Assembly: GCF_006345805.1 (NCBI RefSeq)
Contig: NC_043001.1
Span: 123,566,001-123,630,000 of the forward strand
Length of the DNA stretch: 64,000 nt
Direction: 5' to 3'
Source: Octopus sinensis
Lineage: Eukaryota
In this document: piece after piece, positions 14,610 through 27,736 of the stretch
Layout of the letters: every line of letters starts with the position of its first letter
Numbering within the stretch: position 1 is the stretch's first letter
The notes under the pieces: generated by a model
What the model was told of the DNA's origin: nothing
Seen by the model: only the letters and a program-made list of their open reading frames with translations
The model's database searches: none
Program-made: the position numbers and the translations under genes

Positions 14610-14644
<35 letters not shown>

Positions 14645-14806
14645 GTAATAAGGTAGTGGTAGTAGTGGTGGTGGTAGTGGTGGGAGATGCTGGCGGTAGT
14701 GATGGTAATGATGATGATGACGATGGTGCTTGTGGCGTTGACGATGACGATGACAATAATGATGATGATGATGATGATGGTTTCGGTGTTGACGATGATG
14801 ATGACA

Positions 14807-14845
<39 letters not shown>

Positions 14846-15127
14846 GTTGTGGTGGCGTTATCGGTGGTGATGCTGGAGGTAATGAGGATTATGATGGTTG
14901 TGATGATGATGATGACGATGATGATAGTGGTGGTGGTGGTGGTAGTGGTAGTGATAGTGGTGGTGGCTGTAGGGTTGTGGTAGGAGGAGATGGTCGGGTT
15001 TTGCTACAGGAGGATTCTGCTGCTGCCGCCGCCGCCGCCGCCGCCGTTGTTGCAGCGGCTGCTGCTGCTGCCTCCGTCGCTGTTGCTGATGATTAATACT
15101 GCTGGTGGTCGCTGCTGTTGCCATCAC

Positions 15128-15215
<88 letters not shown>

Positions 15216-15260
15216 CCATCATTATCAACATCGTAATCATCATCGTCGTCGTCGTCGTCG

Positions 15261-15293
<33 letters not shown>

Positions 15294-15371
15294 CCGTCAT
15301 CATCATCATCATCCTCGTCGTCATCATCAACATCATCACCATCATCATCATGATCATGATAATGATGATCG

Positions 15372-15417
<46 letters not shown>

Positions 15418-15600
15418 AATCGTCATCATCGTCGTCATCAACATCGTCATCATCATTGTTATCATTATTATCATCATCCTCGTCATCGTTGTCGTCGTCG
15501 TCATCGTTGTCGTCGTCGTCGTCGTAGTCATCATCATCATCATCATCATCAACATCATCGTCGTCATCATCATCATCGTCGTCATCATCAACAGCTATTC
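12290..15600. repeat. mosaic trinucleotide microsatellite field (GGT, GAT, ACT, GCT, CAC, CAT, CGT, CCT)
   Basis: Directly visible; produces the homopolymeric ORFs. Confidence 0.95.
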
Positions 15601-16467
15601 ACCACCGCTTTGGCAACAAATGAGCTGTCAGCTGTTGTTCTTGTTGTTTAGCCTCAAGTTTTAATCAAGAGATCTAGAATCCAAGATTCTCCAACCGTGA
15701 CCATCTCGTGACTTTATTTTTTTTGCTTTTCCCTTCTTTTATATTTTATGTCTACATTTGTATCAGAGCCGGTAAGGTAGCATTTGAAGGCGCTTGAGCT
15801 GTCATTTCTAGCAAGCCAAATGATTTAAAGGTGCAAATTGGCGGAGTCGCTGGCGTGTCGGACAGAATGCAATGTGTCATTTGTTCAGACTTTCTGCATT
15901 CTGAGTTCACGAGTTCAATGCCCACCGAAGCCAACTGTGGTTTTTATCCTCTCGGGGCTTATATGTGAGCATCAGTCGAGGGCGTTGGATGAGTAGAACT
16001 GTATGCACATTGGACCAGATGCCTTGCCGTTATGTTTTCCCGCTCTTTGCATCCTTAGTACAAAATCTGCCATGCTCTGATTTCCTGTTTATTTTTTACT
16101 CTTTTGGGCGAGGGAGTAGGTTTAACTCATCGCCTAGTTTAATACCATCGCTTGACATCTTGGAATTTTAGATACTTTTAGCACTAACCTTTCCGTTGCA
16201 ACCACCGGGAGGGTAGGTTTCCGTTTTCAGGTTTCAGGGAAGCATCCTCTCTCCTCTTCCAACCAGTCATGTAGGCTCTAAAAAAAGGTCATAGGTCACT
16301 GAATTAGCTCCTGACCAAAAGACAGAATAATAAGAAAATCTTGCAGAGGATTTTCTCCTTTTCTCACGCTGTTGTTCTTGCTTGTGTTCTTGATACTTTC
16401 GTCGCTGATGATGAGTCAAGTAGTTGCATCAGTGTTCGCATTATTATTATTAATTTTAAGGCGGCAA

Positions 16468-17295
16468 GCTGGCAGAATCATTAGCACACCGGGCGAAATA
16501 GCGGTATTTCGTCTGCCGCTACGTTCTGAGTTCAAATTCCGCCAAGGTCGACTTTGCCTTTCATCCTTTCGGGGTCGATTAAATAAGTACCAGTTACGCA
16601 CTGGGATCGATATAATCGACTTACTCCGTTTGTCTGTCCTTGCTTGTCCCTTCTGTGTTTAGCCCCTTGTGGGTAGTAAAGAAATACGTATTTCGTCTGA
16701 TAAAATCGTTAGCACGCTGAGCAAAATGCTTAGCGGCATTTCGTCCGTCATTACGTTCTGAGTTCAAATTCCGCCAAGGTCGATTTTGCCTTTCATTCCT
16801 TTCAAGGTCGATAAATAAAGTACTGGTGTCGTTTTTGTTGATGTTGTCATTGCTGTCGTTGCTTATGTCCGGGTCAGCCTTAACTGAGGCAGGCTGATAG
16901 TGATGGTGATGTTGTCGCAATGGAGGCAGTAACGATGGTGATGATGGAGATGGTGGTGGTAGTAGTGGTGAAGATAGTTGAACCAACAAGTAGTGTGCGC
17001 ATGTGTGTGTAAACAGGATGGAGAAATATGCTGGAGCAAGAGCGGATCGCGTTAGTGTTGCGCAGGCGGCGAGCTGACAGAAACGTTAGCACGCCGGGCG
17101 AAATGCGTTGCCGTATTTCGTCTGCCGTTACGTTCCGAGTTCAAATTCCGCCGAGGTCGACTTTGCCTTTCATCCTTCCGGGGTCGATAAATTAAGTATC
17201 AGTTACGCACTGGGGTCGATGTAATCGACTTAATCCGTTTGTCTGTCCTTGTTTGTCTCCTCTGTGTTTAGCCCCTTGTGGGTAGTAAAGAAATA
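16468..17295 (+). mobile_element. three group A SINE copies (16468-16685, about 16700-16825, 17068-17295)
   Basis: GGCGGCAAGCTGGCAGAATC head, GAGTTCAAATTCC B box, AAAGAAATA 3' end. Confidence 0.88.
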
Positions 17296-17654
17296 TATAT
17301 GGTAGCATCAGGGGCGGGGGATAGAAGGTGACGTTTCGATAATGGTGAAATTGATGATAGTGGTTGTGGTTGCGGTGGTTGCTGTGGTTTTGGTGGTGGT
17401 TGCGGTTGTGGTGGTTGTGGTGGTGATTGTGTTGGTGGTTGTGGTGGTTGTGGTGGTGATTGTGTTGGTGGTTGTGGTGGTTGTGGTGGTGGTGGTGGTG
17501 GTGGTTGTGGTTGTGGTAGCAGTTGTGGTTTTGGTTGCTGTGGTAGTGGTGGTTGTGGTGGTGGCAGTGGTTTCAGTGGGGGTTGTGGTTTGGTGGTGGT
17601 GATGATGGTTGTGATGGTATTGACAGGCAGGCTAATGGTGGCAGTGGTAATAGC

Positions 17655-17797
17655 AGTCGCGAATACGATCTACTAGGTAACCAAAACCAGGATAACCTTA
17701 AACCTAGACCTGTAGTGATGCCACCAAAAGCACCGCCTGAAGTAAAACGCATAAAATGGAGTACAGAGGATTATAGAGATGTGTTTAAAGCTTATTA
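17655..17797 (+). mobile_element. probable N-terminal fragment of an R4/Dong-type LINE ORF
   Basis: Translates ..KRIKWSTEDYRDVFKAYY, resembling the R-x-KW-(S/T)-x-E..YY N-terminal motif I associate with these elements; short and unverified. Confidence 0.4.
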
Positions 17798-17835
17798 TTA
17801 TTATTATTATTATTATCATCATCATTATCATTAAC

Positions 17836-17870
<35 letters not shown>

Positions 17871-18011
17871 ATTATTATTATTATATATTATTATTATATT
17901 ATATTATTATTATTTATTATTATTATTATTATTATATTGACATTATTATTATTATTATTATTATTTCATTATCATTAACATTATTATTATTATTATATTA
18001 TTATTATCATA

Positions 18012-18043
<32 letters not shown>

Positions 18044-18140
18044 TTATTATTATTATTATCATTATCATTATTATTATCATTATCATATCATTATTATTAT
18101 TATTATTATTATCATTATTATTATTATTATTATTATTATT

Positions 18141-18235
<95 letters not shown>

Positions 18236-18259
18236 CATTATTATTATATTATTATTATT

Positions 18260-18292
<33 letters not shown>

Positions 18293-18345
18293 TATTATTA
18301 TTATCATATTATTATTATTATTATCATTATTATTATTATTATATT

Positions 18346-18377
<32 letters not shown>

Positions 18378-18439
18378 CATTATATATTATTATTATATCA
18401 TTATTATTATTATTATTATTTATTATTATTATTATATTA

Positions 18440-18472
<33 letters not shown>

Positions 18473-18520
18473 TTATTATTATTATATATTATTATTATTA
18501 TTATTATTTATTATTTTATA
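17790..18520. repeat. about 730-bp degenerate (ATT)n/(ATC)n microsatellite
   Basis: Directly visible. Confidence 0.97.
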
Positions 18521-18769
18521 TTTACTGCTGAACATGACAGACGTATTTTCGAACGCCCGAAGTAAGTTTTGTTTAGAAATTTATTTTACACCCGTTTGTT
18601 GCCGTTTTGTTTTTTTCGTTTAAACGTTGTTTCAATTTGTTAATAGAAACACTAGGGACCTGGCATTGAGTTTCCGTGTTTGTGCAGGCCCTCGTGGGAT
18701 ATATTTGGCCCCAAATAAATTTGGTGTTCCCGACATAGTTATGATGAAAAAACACAGTGAGCGATGAAA

Positions 18770-19650
18770 GCCTGCACAAGAGAGGTCTCTGTCCCAGGAT
18801 GGTCTACCTTACGAGCTTTATTTTCATATGCCAAACTTGTTCGGTGGTCTCTTGGCAGGGTTTCTCCCACAACTGTCAGTAGAGCAAGAGAATTCGCAGT
18901 GCTGTGAGCCGTGGAGTGGTGATATTTAAGAAGGATCCGAATAAGGGGGACAAAATTGATAATTTTAGGCCTATAACTCTGCTGAATGCAGATTATAAGA
19001 TTATGGTCAAGGTGTTAGCCAAGAGATTGGCACTTGTCGTCGATAAGTTGGTTGGTGATGTGCAGACGTGCATCCACGACAACCTCCACCTCACGCGCTA
19101 CATCAGAGAGAGTATGGGTAAGGAACCTGGCATGGGTGGGGTCCTGCCAATTTGGATCAGTTGAAAGTTTTTGATGGTGTCGACCATAAATAACTGGAGG
19201 CTGTTTTCACGGTTTCGGCCTCGTTTTCAGAGGCTGGATCGCTGCAATGTACAATGTTCGGTGGTCAAAGTAAATGGCCACCTTTCGGAATCGTTTAGCA
19301 TCGCTCGTTCGGTCCGTCAAGGATGTCCACTCTCGCCTCATCTATTCGTACTGGCTCTCGAGCCATTGATGCGGATGCTGGATGTTTCGAGGGACATCCC
19401 GCGTGATCTAGGATACGGAGGATTCGTGTCGGCTTACGTGGACGACATCACCGTAATAGAGTCGGACATCTCGGGAATCGAGGTGGTCACTACTCTTCTG
19501 AAGGAGTACGAGGTGGTCACAGGAGCAAATATCAACGAGAAGACGGTGGGCCTGCAGCTCGGCACCTGGATAGGTAGGTCCATGCCAAGCAACAGCGTTA
19601 TACAGAAGGACCGGTTAAATTCCTCGGGCTCTGGCTTGGTCCAGACCTCC
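18770..19650 (+). mobile_element. L1/Tx1-clade LINE reverse transcriptase, frameshifted
   Basis: DGLPYELY, DNFRPITLLNADYKI, VKVNGHLSESF..RSVRQGCPLSPHLFVLALEPL and AYVDDITV are canonical L1-clade RT motifs. Confidence 0.92.
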
Positions 19651-19734
19651 AGGTGGACAAAAACTTGTTTGGTGGTCTCTTTGCAGACGTCTACTACAAC
19701 TGGCGCAGACTGGGAGAATTCCTAGTGCTTTCAG

Positions 19735-20250
19735 CCGGGGAGTGGTGGTGCTGTTGATGAAGGATCCGAATATGGGGGGGGGGGGCAAAATTGATAACTT
19801 TAGACCTATAATTCTGCTGAATGTGGATTATAAGATTTTGGCCAAGGTGTTAGCTAAGAGGTTGGTGCTTGTCGATAAGTATGTTGGTGACGCACAGACA
19901 TACATTATCCCAAACAGAAGTATCCATGACAACCTCCATATCCAGCGGAGGACATTCGGGCCAGGGCCTATGGATAACTTCCAAAAATCCCTGGCCTGAC
20001 AGTGCTACGGGGAGCTCTGCCGGTTCGAGACAAGCTCTACAGATACGGAAGTACTGTCTGACAGACCTGTGCGAGGTGTGTGCAGGGCGATGAAACCGTC
20101 CTGCTGCACTCGTCTAGTGTCTGTAGCTTTGTCGAACAGCTGTTGTCACGTGTAGGACGGATCCGGTTATTAGCCGAGTCCATCGTGAAGATCACCGCGC
20201 AGTCTTCCTTTGACCGGTAGGGGAAGGCAGTTTTTCTCTGTCTGGTTGCT
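19735..20250 (+). mobile_element. second L1/Tx1 RT N-terminal piece fused to the C-terminal zinc-knuckle region
   Basis: DNFRPIILLNVDYKILAKVLAKRL..NRSIHDNLH, then QTCARCVQGDETV (CxxC..ET); homologous to 37200-37745. Confidence 0.8.
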
Positions 20251-20294
20251 ATAACGAAAGAAGTAGTGTGGGGATGACGTTGAAAGGACTGAAG

Positions 20295-20760
20295 ACAGAC
20301 ATTTCAGGCACTTTAGTGCTAGTGGGCAATTGGAATGCCATTTTGGATACACACGTGGGTAGGGTGAAACTAGCCGACATATGAGAGGGATGTGAAAGCC
20401 TCACAAACCTGATCAACCGCTTCCAAATGGCTGACAGATACCGACAAGATTTCCTGAATGCCCCAATGTGGACATGGGCAAACAACACCGGGTCTTCCAC
20501 ATGTTATTTAGATAGGGCATCCTGTATGCTAGTATACAGAAGTAACATAGTTTGTCCATAATTCAAAGTCATTGGCTACACAGACCAGAAATTAATAATC
20601 TGCATGGTCGACCTAAATAGCATCCATAGGCAGAGCTCCAAGTACTGGAGAGGACGCCTCCTTCCCGGTTCGTCAAGCATGCAGAAACCGGCTTGGCAAG
20701 TTAGTCAATCGGAAGTTGTTCGGGTGCAATCGTCAACAACCGTTGGTAAATAGATCTGAA
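20295..20760 (+). mobile_element. L1/Tx1 apurinic-like endonuclease fragment
   Basis: TLVLVGNWNAILD (cf. GDFN), PMWTWANN..CYLDR (cf. TW..RLDR), GYTDQ (cf. SDH). Confidence 0.7.
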
Positions 20761-20819
20761 AAGGGCTATTAGAGTAGAGGTGGCAGGAATTAGTAAGGAA
20801 ATATCTTTAGAGGAATCTA

Positions 20820-21075
20820 TCCCTTCAACGCTTCGCCCCATTCATATAGGGGCCTGGGGTCTCGAGGATTTTCCATGAGATCGAGAATGCGCTTCCATCG
20901 TCTCTTAGTTTGCCAGTCGTGGCTGGTCAGTGATGTTACGTATCTCCTTTCCGGAACTCTGAAGGAGGACCTATGATTGGAAAAACATTCCTCGAGAGAA
21001 TTCCAGGTACTTCCGATGTATCTCTGTGGCGCGTTTGTAGCAAGGTTTTCTCCCTCCATATTTTGAAGAGGTCTT
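20820..21075 (-). mobile_element. Penelope-like element, GIY-YIG endonuclease fragment
   Basis: YIGSTWNSLEECFSNHRSSF..TSLTSHDW; after a frameshift FSISWKILETPGPYMNGAKR. Confidence 0.8.
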
Positions 21076-21490
21076 AGGCCAACAGGTTTTCGGGTCTGAT
21101 GATACGCCATAAAGCTAAACCCATTATGGACAGAAAACCCAGGTTAATCCCATAAGCCGGCCTTCTTGATTTTTAATATATATTTATATGTATATTCTCA
21201 TAAGCCTTTGTGAAAATACTTGATACAATTTTACTTAGTATAAAAGAGATTTCTTTAAAGAATTATTTCAAAAGAGATTTATAAATTCTTCATCAGAACA
21301 TCACTAAACTTTTCGGAAGAAGTTTTTTTGTAGTGTGTATGAGCGCTTTCGATTATCTTTTCAAACACACGTGTTTTGGGATAATGTATGAAAGAGGAAG
21401 TACATACATACATATATACATACATACTTATATACATACATACATACATGCGTACATGCCTGCATACATACATACACATACAAACGTACA

Positions 21491-21524
<34 letters not shown>

Positions 21525-21775
21525 CATACATACACACACACATGTGTATATAGGTGCAGTCACCAGCTGTCACTCGCAAGCGAGTATATCCTGGTTAGAG
21601 GTCCTGTGCTTTCGTTAGCTGTATTAAGTACATATGTTGTCGGAAGCAGACTTAGATCGCCCCCAATCTTTCATCCTTGACCCAGCAGCACATCCGGAAT
21701 GTGACAGCTTGTGCGAGTCGGTGAGAGAGAGAGAGGGGGGGAGACAGAGAAAGAGTGAGAGTAAGAGGAAGAAAT

Positions 21776-21808
<33 letters not shown>

Positions 21809-22073
21809 GAGAGAGGGAGATGCACCAGCAGCACTTCGGCTTGTACACGTTACAGCTGAGTAGACCTAAGCGACATCAAATCAACTTTGTTGTTCAAGGA
21901 CAACAGATTGACCGCTTCAGGAGTGAAAACCTCTAAACCATTATGCAGACACACACACAAACATACGCACATACGTAAACATACGCATCCACTCACGTTA
22001 TTCGGAATAAATGATCGGCCCTGGTTAAAATGTTTTGTCCTATTTAGTTACGTCCATTTTACATAGTAGATTT

Positions 22074-22242
22074 AGGAGTGGCTGTGTGGTAAGTAGCTTG
22101 CGCAACCAACCACATGGTTCCAGGTTCAGTCCCACTGGTGGCATCTTGGGCAAGTGTCTTCTGCTATAGCCCCGGGCCGACCAATGCCTTGTGAGTGGAT
22201 TTGGTAGACGGAAACTGAAAGAAGCCTGTCGTATATATGTCG

Positions 22243-22292
<50 letters not shown>

Positions 22293-22500
22293 GTGTGTTT
22301 GTGTCTCTGTGTTTGTCTCCCTAGCATTGCTTGACAACCGATGCTGGTGTGTTTACGTACCCGTCACTTAGCGGTTCGGGAAAAGAGACCGATAGAATAA
22401 GTACTGGGCTTACAAAAAATAAGTCCCGGGGTCGATTTGCTCGACTAAAAGCGGGGCTCCAGCATGGCCGCAGTCAAATGACTTAAACAAGTAAAAGAGT
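22074..22500 (+). mobile_element. group B SINE
   Basis: Full head, internal microsatellite and tail. Confidence 0.9.
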
Positions 22501-22856
22501 GAAGAGTATACCAATGGGCCTTCTTGAAGCCATTGCAGCTTATGTTGTAAGTATTGCTATTGTTGTTGCCGTTGCAACAGATGTTATTACCAGTGGAGCT
22601 GTGGAGACTCCATTCATGTTTTGCGAATGCTCCACTGTGTTACATAAATTTCTAAACCTTCACACTAATGTTTTTGGATACTTGAAATATTTTGAAACAA
22701 GCGAAGTAGCTGCTTGCAATATATACCAGGTGCCAATTGCATCGATAACCAGCTGGAGGAGGCTCATCCTGGGGTTAAAAACGGTAGTAACGTCGAACAA
22801 CCATCTAGAAGCGGCGATAAACATTGCTTCTTAAATATTTTGGCCATATCTTTTTT

Positions 22857-23248
22857 CTTTTACTTGTATTAGTCATTTGACTGCGGCCATGCTGGGGCAC
22901 CCCCTTGACGAAATCGACACCAGGACTTATTACCTTTTTGTTTCGTGTTGCACTTATTCTATCGGTCTCCTTTTTGCCGAACCGCTAGGTTACTGGGCGT
23001 AAACACACCAACATCGGTTGTCAAGCAGTAGTGGGGGACAAATACAGCCACAAAATACACACAGAGATATACACAATACATATACATATACGACGGGCTT
23101 CTTTTAGTTTCCGTCTACCAAATCCACTCACAAGGCTTTGGTCGGCCCGGCGCTATAGTGGAAGGTACCATGCAGGGAAGCTGAACGCTGAACACGGAAC
23201 CATGTGGTTGCAAAGCAAGCTTCTTACCACATAGCCACGCCTGCCCCT
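22857..23248 (-). mobile_element. group B SINE, inverted relative to 22074-22500
   Basis: Reverse-complement match to group B. Confidence 0.85.
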
Positions 23249-24069
23249 AGTTTAAAGTTGTTAGAAGCATAATAAATACATCAACTTGTTGCATTATCTT
23301 AAAAATGCGCAAAATATACTAAGCTAGGTACAGGTAGCATTGTATGGTTACGAATTTCTCTTCACGACCTCATGTATTTTGCTTTTGTTTAAGGCACTGT
23401 GGACACGTATCTCCCATAATAGAACTGAACTTACCGACGCCTTATGACTGAATTTGGTAACTGATGAAAATTAAGCCGAAGCGTATACGTGTTTGTGTTT
23501 GTCTCTCTCTGTTCGAAAAAAGGGTATGGATTGTTTAGGTGTGCATAGCCTAGCAGTTCGGCCATCAGTAACCGATTTAGCAAATACCAGGTTGAAAATA
23601 CTGGGGTTGGTTTCTTCGATTAAACTTCTACATGGTCTTAATCTGAGTGCCTGGAACAAATAAAAGAATAAATAACAAATAGAAATTCTTTATTATATCT
23701 TCGATTTTCTTTTATAACTGATGATTGTTAATTGTGAAACACTCGATCACATACGTCTCACCCCACCCCCGCACATCCTTACAAACACATACACACCTAC
23801 GTGGGGCTGTAGAATATACATAAATAGCTAGTAAGATCTGTGGAAATACTTCATTATATAAATATTTATATATCTATTGTGGTGTAATATATAAATCTTC
23901 ATAACATTGCTTCACTATGTTAAACACTTTGCCGGATTTCCTTCCATCGTGAAGCTTCTTTAAAGCAAAACACTCGAACAAATGGTGAGACAAGCCGGAA
24001 ACCATTAGAGATAGTTGTTATTATTGTTGTTGTTGTTATTCATTTTGCTGTTCTTTGTCCCCCTCTCTT

Positions 24070-24455
24070 TTACTCTTTTACTTGTTTCAGTCATTTGACT
24101 GCGGCCATGCTAGAGCACCGCCATTAGTCGAGCAAATCGACCCCAGGACTTATTCTTTGGCAGCCTAGTACGTATTTTATCCGTCTGTTTTGCCGAACCG
24201 CTAAGTTACGGGAACGTAAACACACCAGCATCGGTTGTCAAGCGATGTTGGGAGGACAAACACAGACACACAAACATATACACACACATACATATATATA
24301 TATATACATATATACGACGGGCTTTTCAGTTTCCTCTCTTAAGGCTTTGGTCGGCCCGAGGCTATAGTAGAAGACACTCGCTCAAGGTACCACGCAGTGG
24401 GAATGAACTCGGAACCATGTGGTTGGTAAGCAGGCTACTTACCACACAGCCACTC
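24070..24455 (-). mobile_element. group B SINE
   Basis: Reverse-complement match to group B. Confidence 0.88.
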
Positions 24456-24560
24456 CTCACAATTCCTTCAGACTTATGACTAAAGGTATTCCAAACATAA
24501 CTATTCCATTTTTTGTTCAGACTTAGCATACTTCTAAAACACATTATGTAATGCAATATT

Positions 24561-25076
24561 TGATTTTTAAGGCAGTTACGGTGTAATTTAAAGAGATATT
24601 TGACTTATTTCTGGCCGATTAAACGATATCATTGAGGTTGTTGTTGCTGTCGTATAAACCCCACGTCACGCTCAAGGAGTAGAACTATGATCAAAAGAAG
24701 AGGTGTGGCTGTGTGGTAAAACGCTTGTTTCTCAATCACATGGATCTGGGTTCAGTCCCGCAGCATGACACCTTGGGCAAGCGTCTTTTTCTTTCAGATT
24801 CTGCTACCGAATCCACTCCCGAGGCTTTGGTCAGCCCGTGGCCATAGAAAAAGATACTTGCCCAAGGTGCCACGCAGCGGAACTAAACCCGGATCCATGT
24901 GATTGGGAAGCACGCGTCTTACCACACATCCACGCCATGTCTTTTGATCATAGTTCTACTCCTTGAGCGCGACATGTGGTTTATACGACAGCAACAACAA
25001 CCTAAATGACATCGTTTAGCCTGCCAGAAATAGCAGTCAAATATCTCTTTAAATTACACCGTAACTGCCTTAAAAA

Positions 25077-25079
<3 letters not shown>
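24561..25079. repeat. about 520-bp composite palindrome (arms about 230 bp, loop 24793-24845)
   Basis: 24561-24698 pairs with 24940-25079, and the SINE B head 24699-24792 pairs with 24846-24939. Confidence 0.9.
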
Positions 25080-25145
<66 letters not shown>

Positions 25146-25178
25146 CTTTATTTAAAGCAGCAGAAAATTCAACAAAAT

Positions 25179-25216
25179 CTGTTACTCTGAGTTTCTCGTT
25201 GCCGTTCATCAGACAG
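25179..25216 (-). ncRNA. minimal type-I hammerhead ribozyme motif
   Basis: Minus strand CTGT-CTGATGA-ACGGCAACGA-GAAAC-TCAGA-GTA-ACAG: 4-bp stem I, intact core, GCAA-capped stem II, stem III, GUA cleavage triplet. Confidence 0.78.
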
Positions 25217-25301
25217 TTTTTTTAAATAAAGCATATTACTCTACCACTGGTATTTGAGTACTCTTTTTTTCCACCTTGTTTCATATTTATGTGTTTACTC
25301 C

Positions 25302-25386
<85 letters not shown>

Positions 25387-25689
25387 ATGTGGGTGTGTGT
25401 TCGTGTATTTGAGTCTGTATTTCCTGCCCACCACCATCGCTTAATAACCGATGTCAGTGTGCTTACGTCGCCGTAACTTAGCGGTTCAGCAAAAATGACC
25501 GATTGAATAAGTATTAGGATTACAAAGAATAAGTCCTGAGGGGTCTTAAGTGGTGCTCCAGCTTGATTGCGATCAAATGACTGAAACGAGTAAAAGAATA
25601 GCAGGAATAATAGAATACTGTCTGGTTCTTTTCATTGGTTTGAATTGTACAATAAAGAATATAAAACCTAACGAATTTACATCCCTCTC

Positions 25690-26095
25690 TTTTACTCTTT
25701 TATTTGTTTCAGTCATTTGACTGTGGCCATGCTGGAGCACCGCCTTTAATCGAGCAATTCGACCCCGGGACTTATTCTTTGTAAGCCCAGTACGTATTCT
25801 ATCGGTCTCTTTTTGCCGAACCGCTAAGTGACGAGGACATAAACACACCAGCATCGGTTGTCAAGCGATGTTGGGGGGACAAACACAGACAAACAAACAT
25901 ACACACACATACATATATATATATACATATATACAACAGGCTTCTTTCAGTTTCCGTCTACCAAATCCACTCACAAGGCATTGGTCGGCCCGAGGCTATA
26001 GCAGAAGACACTTGCCCAAGATGCCACGCAGTGGGACTGAACCCGGAACCATGTGGTTGGTAAGCAAACTACTTACCACACAGCCACTCCTGCGC
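25690..26095 (-). mobile_element. group B SINE, tail-to-tail with a decayed + copy at about 25410-25600
   Basis: Reverse-complement match to group B. Confidence 0.88.
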
Positions 26096-26547
26096 CATCT
26101 CTCTCTTTTTTTTTCTTCTAAAAATAACTCTTCGACGAGTGGCTCGAGTGAGATTTGGTAGCTATTTCTTGGAGGTCAACTGACTTTCAAGATGCTGCTA
26201 GTGATAATAATTATATTGGTTTCAAATTTTGGCACAAGGACTGCAGTTTCGGAGGAGAAGTAAGTCGATTGCATCGACCCCGGTGCTCATTTTATCGACC
26301 CCGAAAAGATGAAATGCAAAGTCAACCTCGGCGAAATTTGAACTCGGGACGTAAAGGCAGACTTTAGTGATGATAGTAATATTGCTAGGAAGTATAATGA
26401 TGGGAATACTAATCTTAGTTGTGATGTTGATGACGATGATGGTGTTGATGATGATGATGATAATGTTGGCGGTCATGGCATGGTGATGGCTATAACATTC
26501 ATTGTAATTGATTATGCGGCGTCAGTTATTACTGGTAACTAGAATGT

Positions 26548-26960
<413 letters not shown>

Positions 26961-27705
26961 GAGAAGAGATGAGAAGAGAAAAAACACCGGCACTTGATTG
27001 ACAACTATATTTTCAGTTTTTGTTTGTTTTTTTGTGCCCTTTCAACACTCCACGATCGATAAAACTTATACAAATAACTCTTATGCACAACTACTCGCTC
27101 CTAGTATTGGAATTAGGCCAAGCTGGGGCACCGCATCACCTTCAAGCATTTCAAGTCGATCCTATCGACTCAAGTGCGTGTGTCAGCTTCATACAATTTT
27201 TTTTATCAATATATATTTATCGCATGGGATGATTACGTTTTGACGTAAATTACAACTCGTCATACAGTTACATGCAAACACAAATATATACATATGTACG
27301 TAAATATATACGTACATACATAATATATACATACATGCATGTAATGTATATGTATTTATGGTACTAATCGATCTCAGATGAAACCAAAGAAACCAGGCTT
27401 CCATTGGTTTTACAACTTGCCGGTAAATAACTATGTTCTGTTCATTTGTTTTTTCATATCAAAATGTCACTTAGTCATCCAGTAAATATAGACTGGTATA
27501 AATGTTCACTGATCTGAAATACGTAACTGAGTTGATATTAACAAATTAAAGCCTTTGACTGCGGTACCCCAGTCTGGGCCATACCCCAATGGCTGAAACC
27601 AATAAAAGTGTAACTTGGATGTACATTTTATCCACTACGGAAGGATGAAAGGGGTAAAAGTGAAATACAAATGGTGCACTATCTCTGCTCGCTGCCTATA
27701 TATAT

Positions 27706-27736
<31 letters not shown>

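Noticed and set aside
14687-15651. Met-rich and His-rich ORFs suggestive of reflectin or beak His-rich proteins
   Set aside because: Pure ATG/CAT repeats; no MD(X)5 Tyr/Arg reflectin motif and no Gly-His repeats
22499-22834. 111-aa ORF
   Set aside because: Starts in a SINE tail, includes GTT repeat-derived residues and has no recognisable motif
23455-23750. CTGATGA..GAAG/GAAAC hammerhead-like hits at about 23461 and 23716
   Set aside because: No stem II or stem I pairing and no proper NUH triplet; at most heavily decayed
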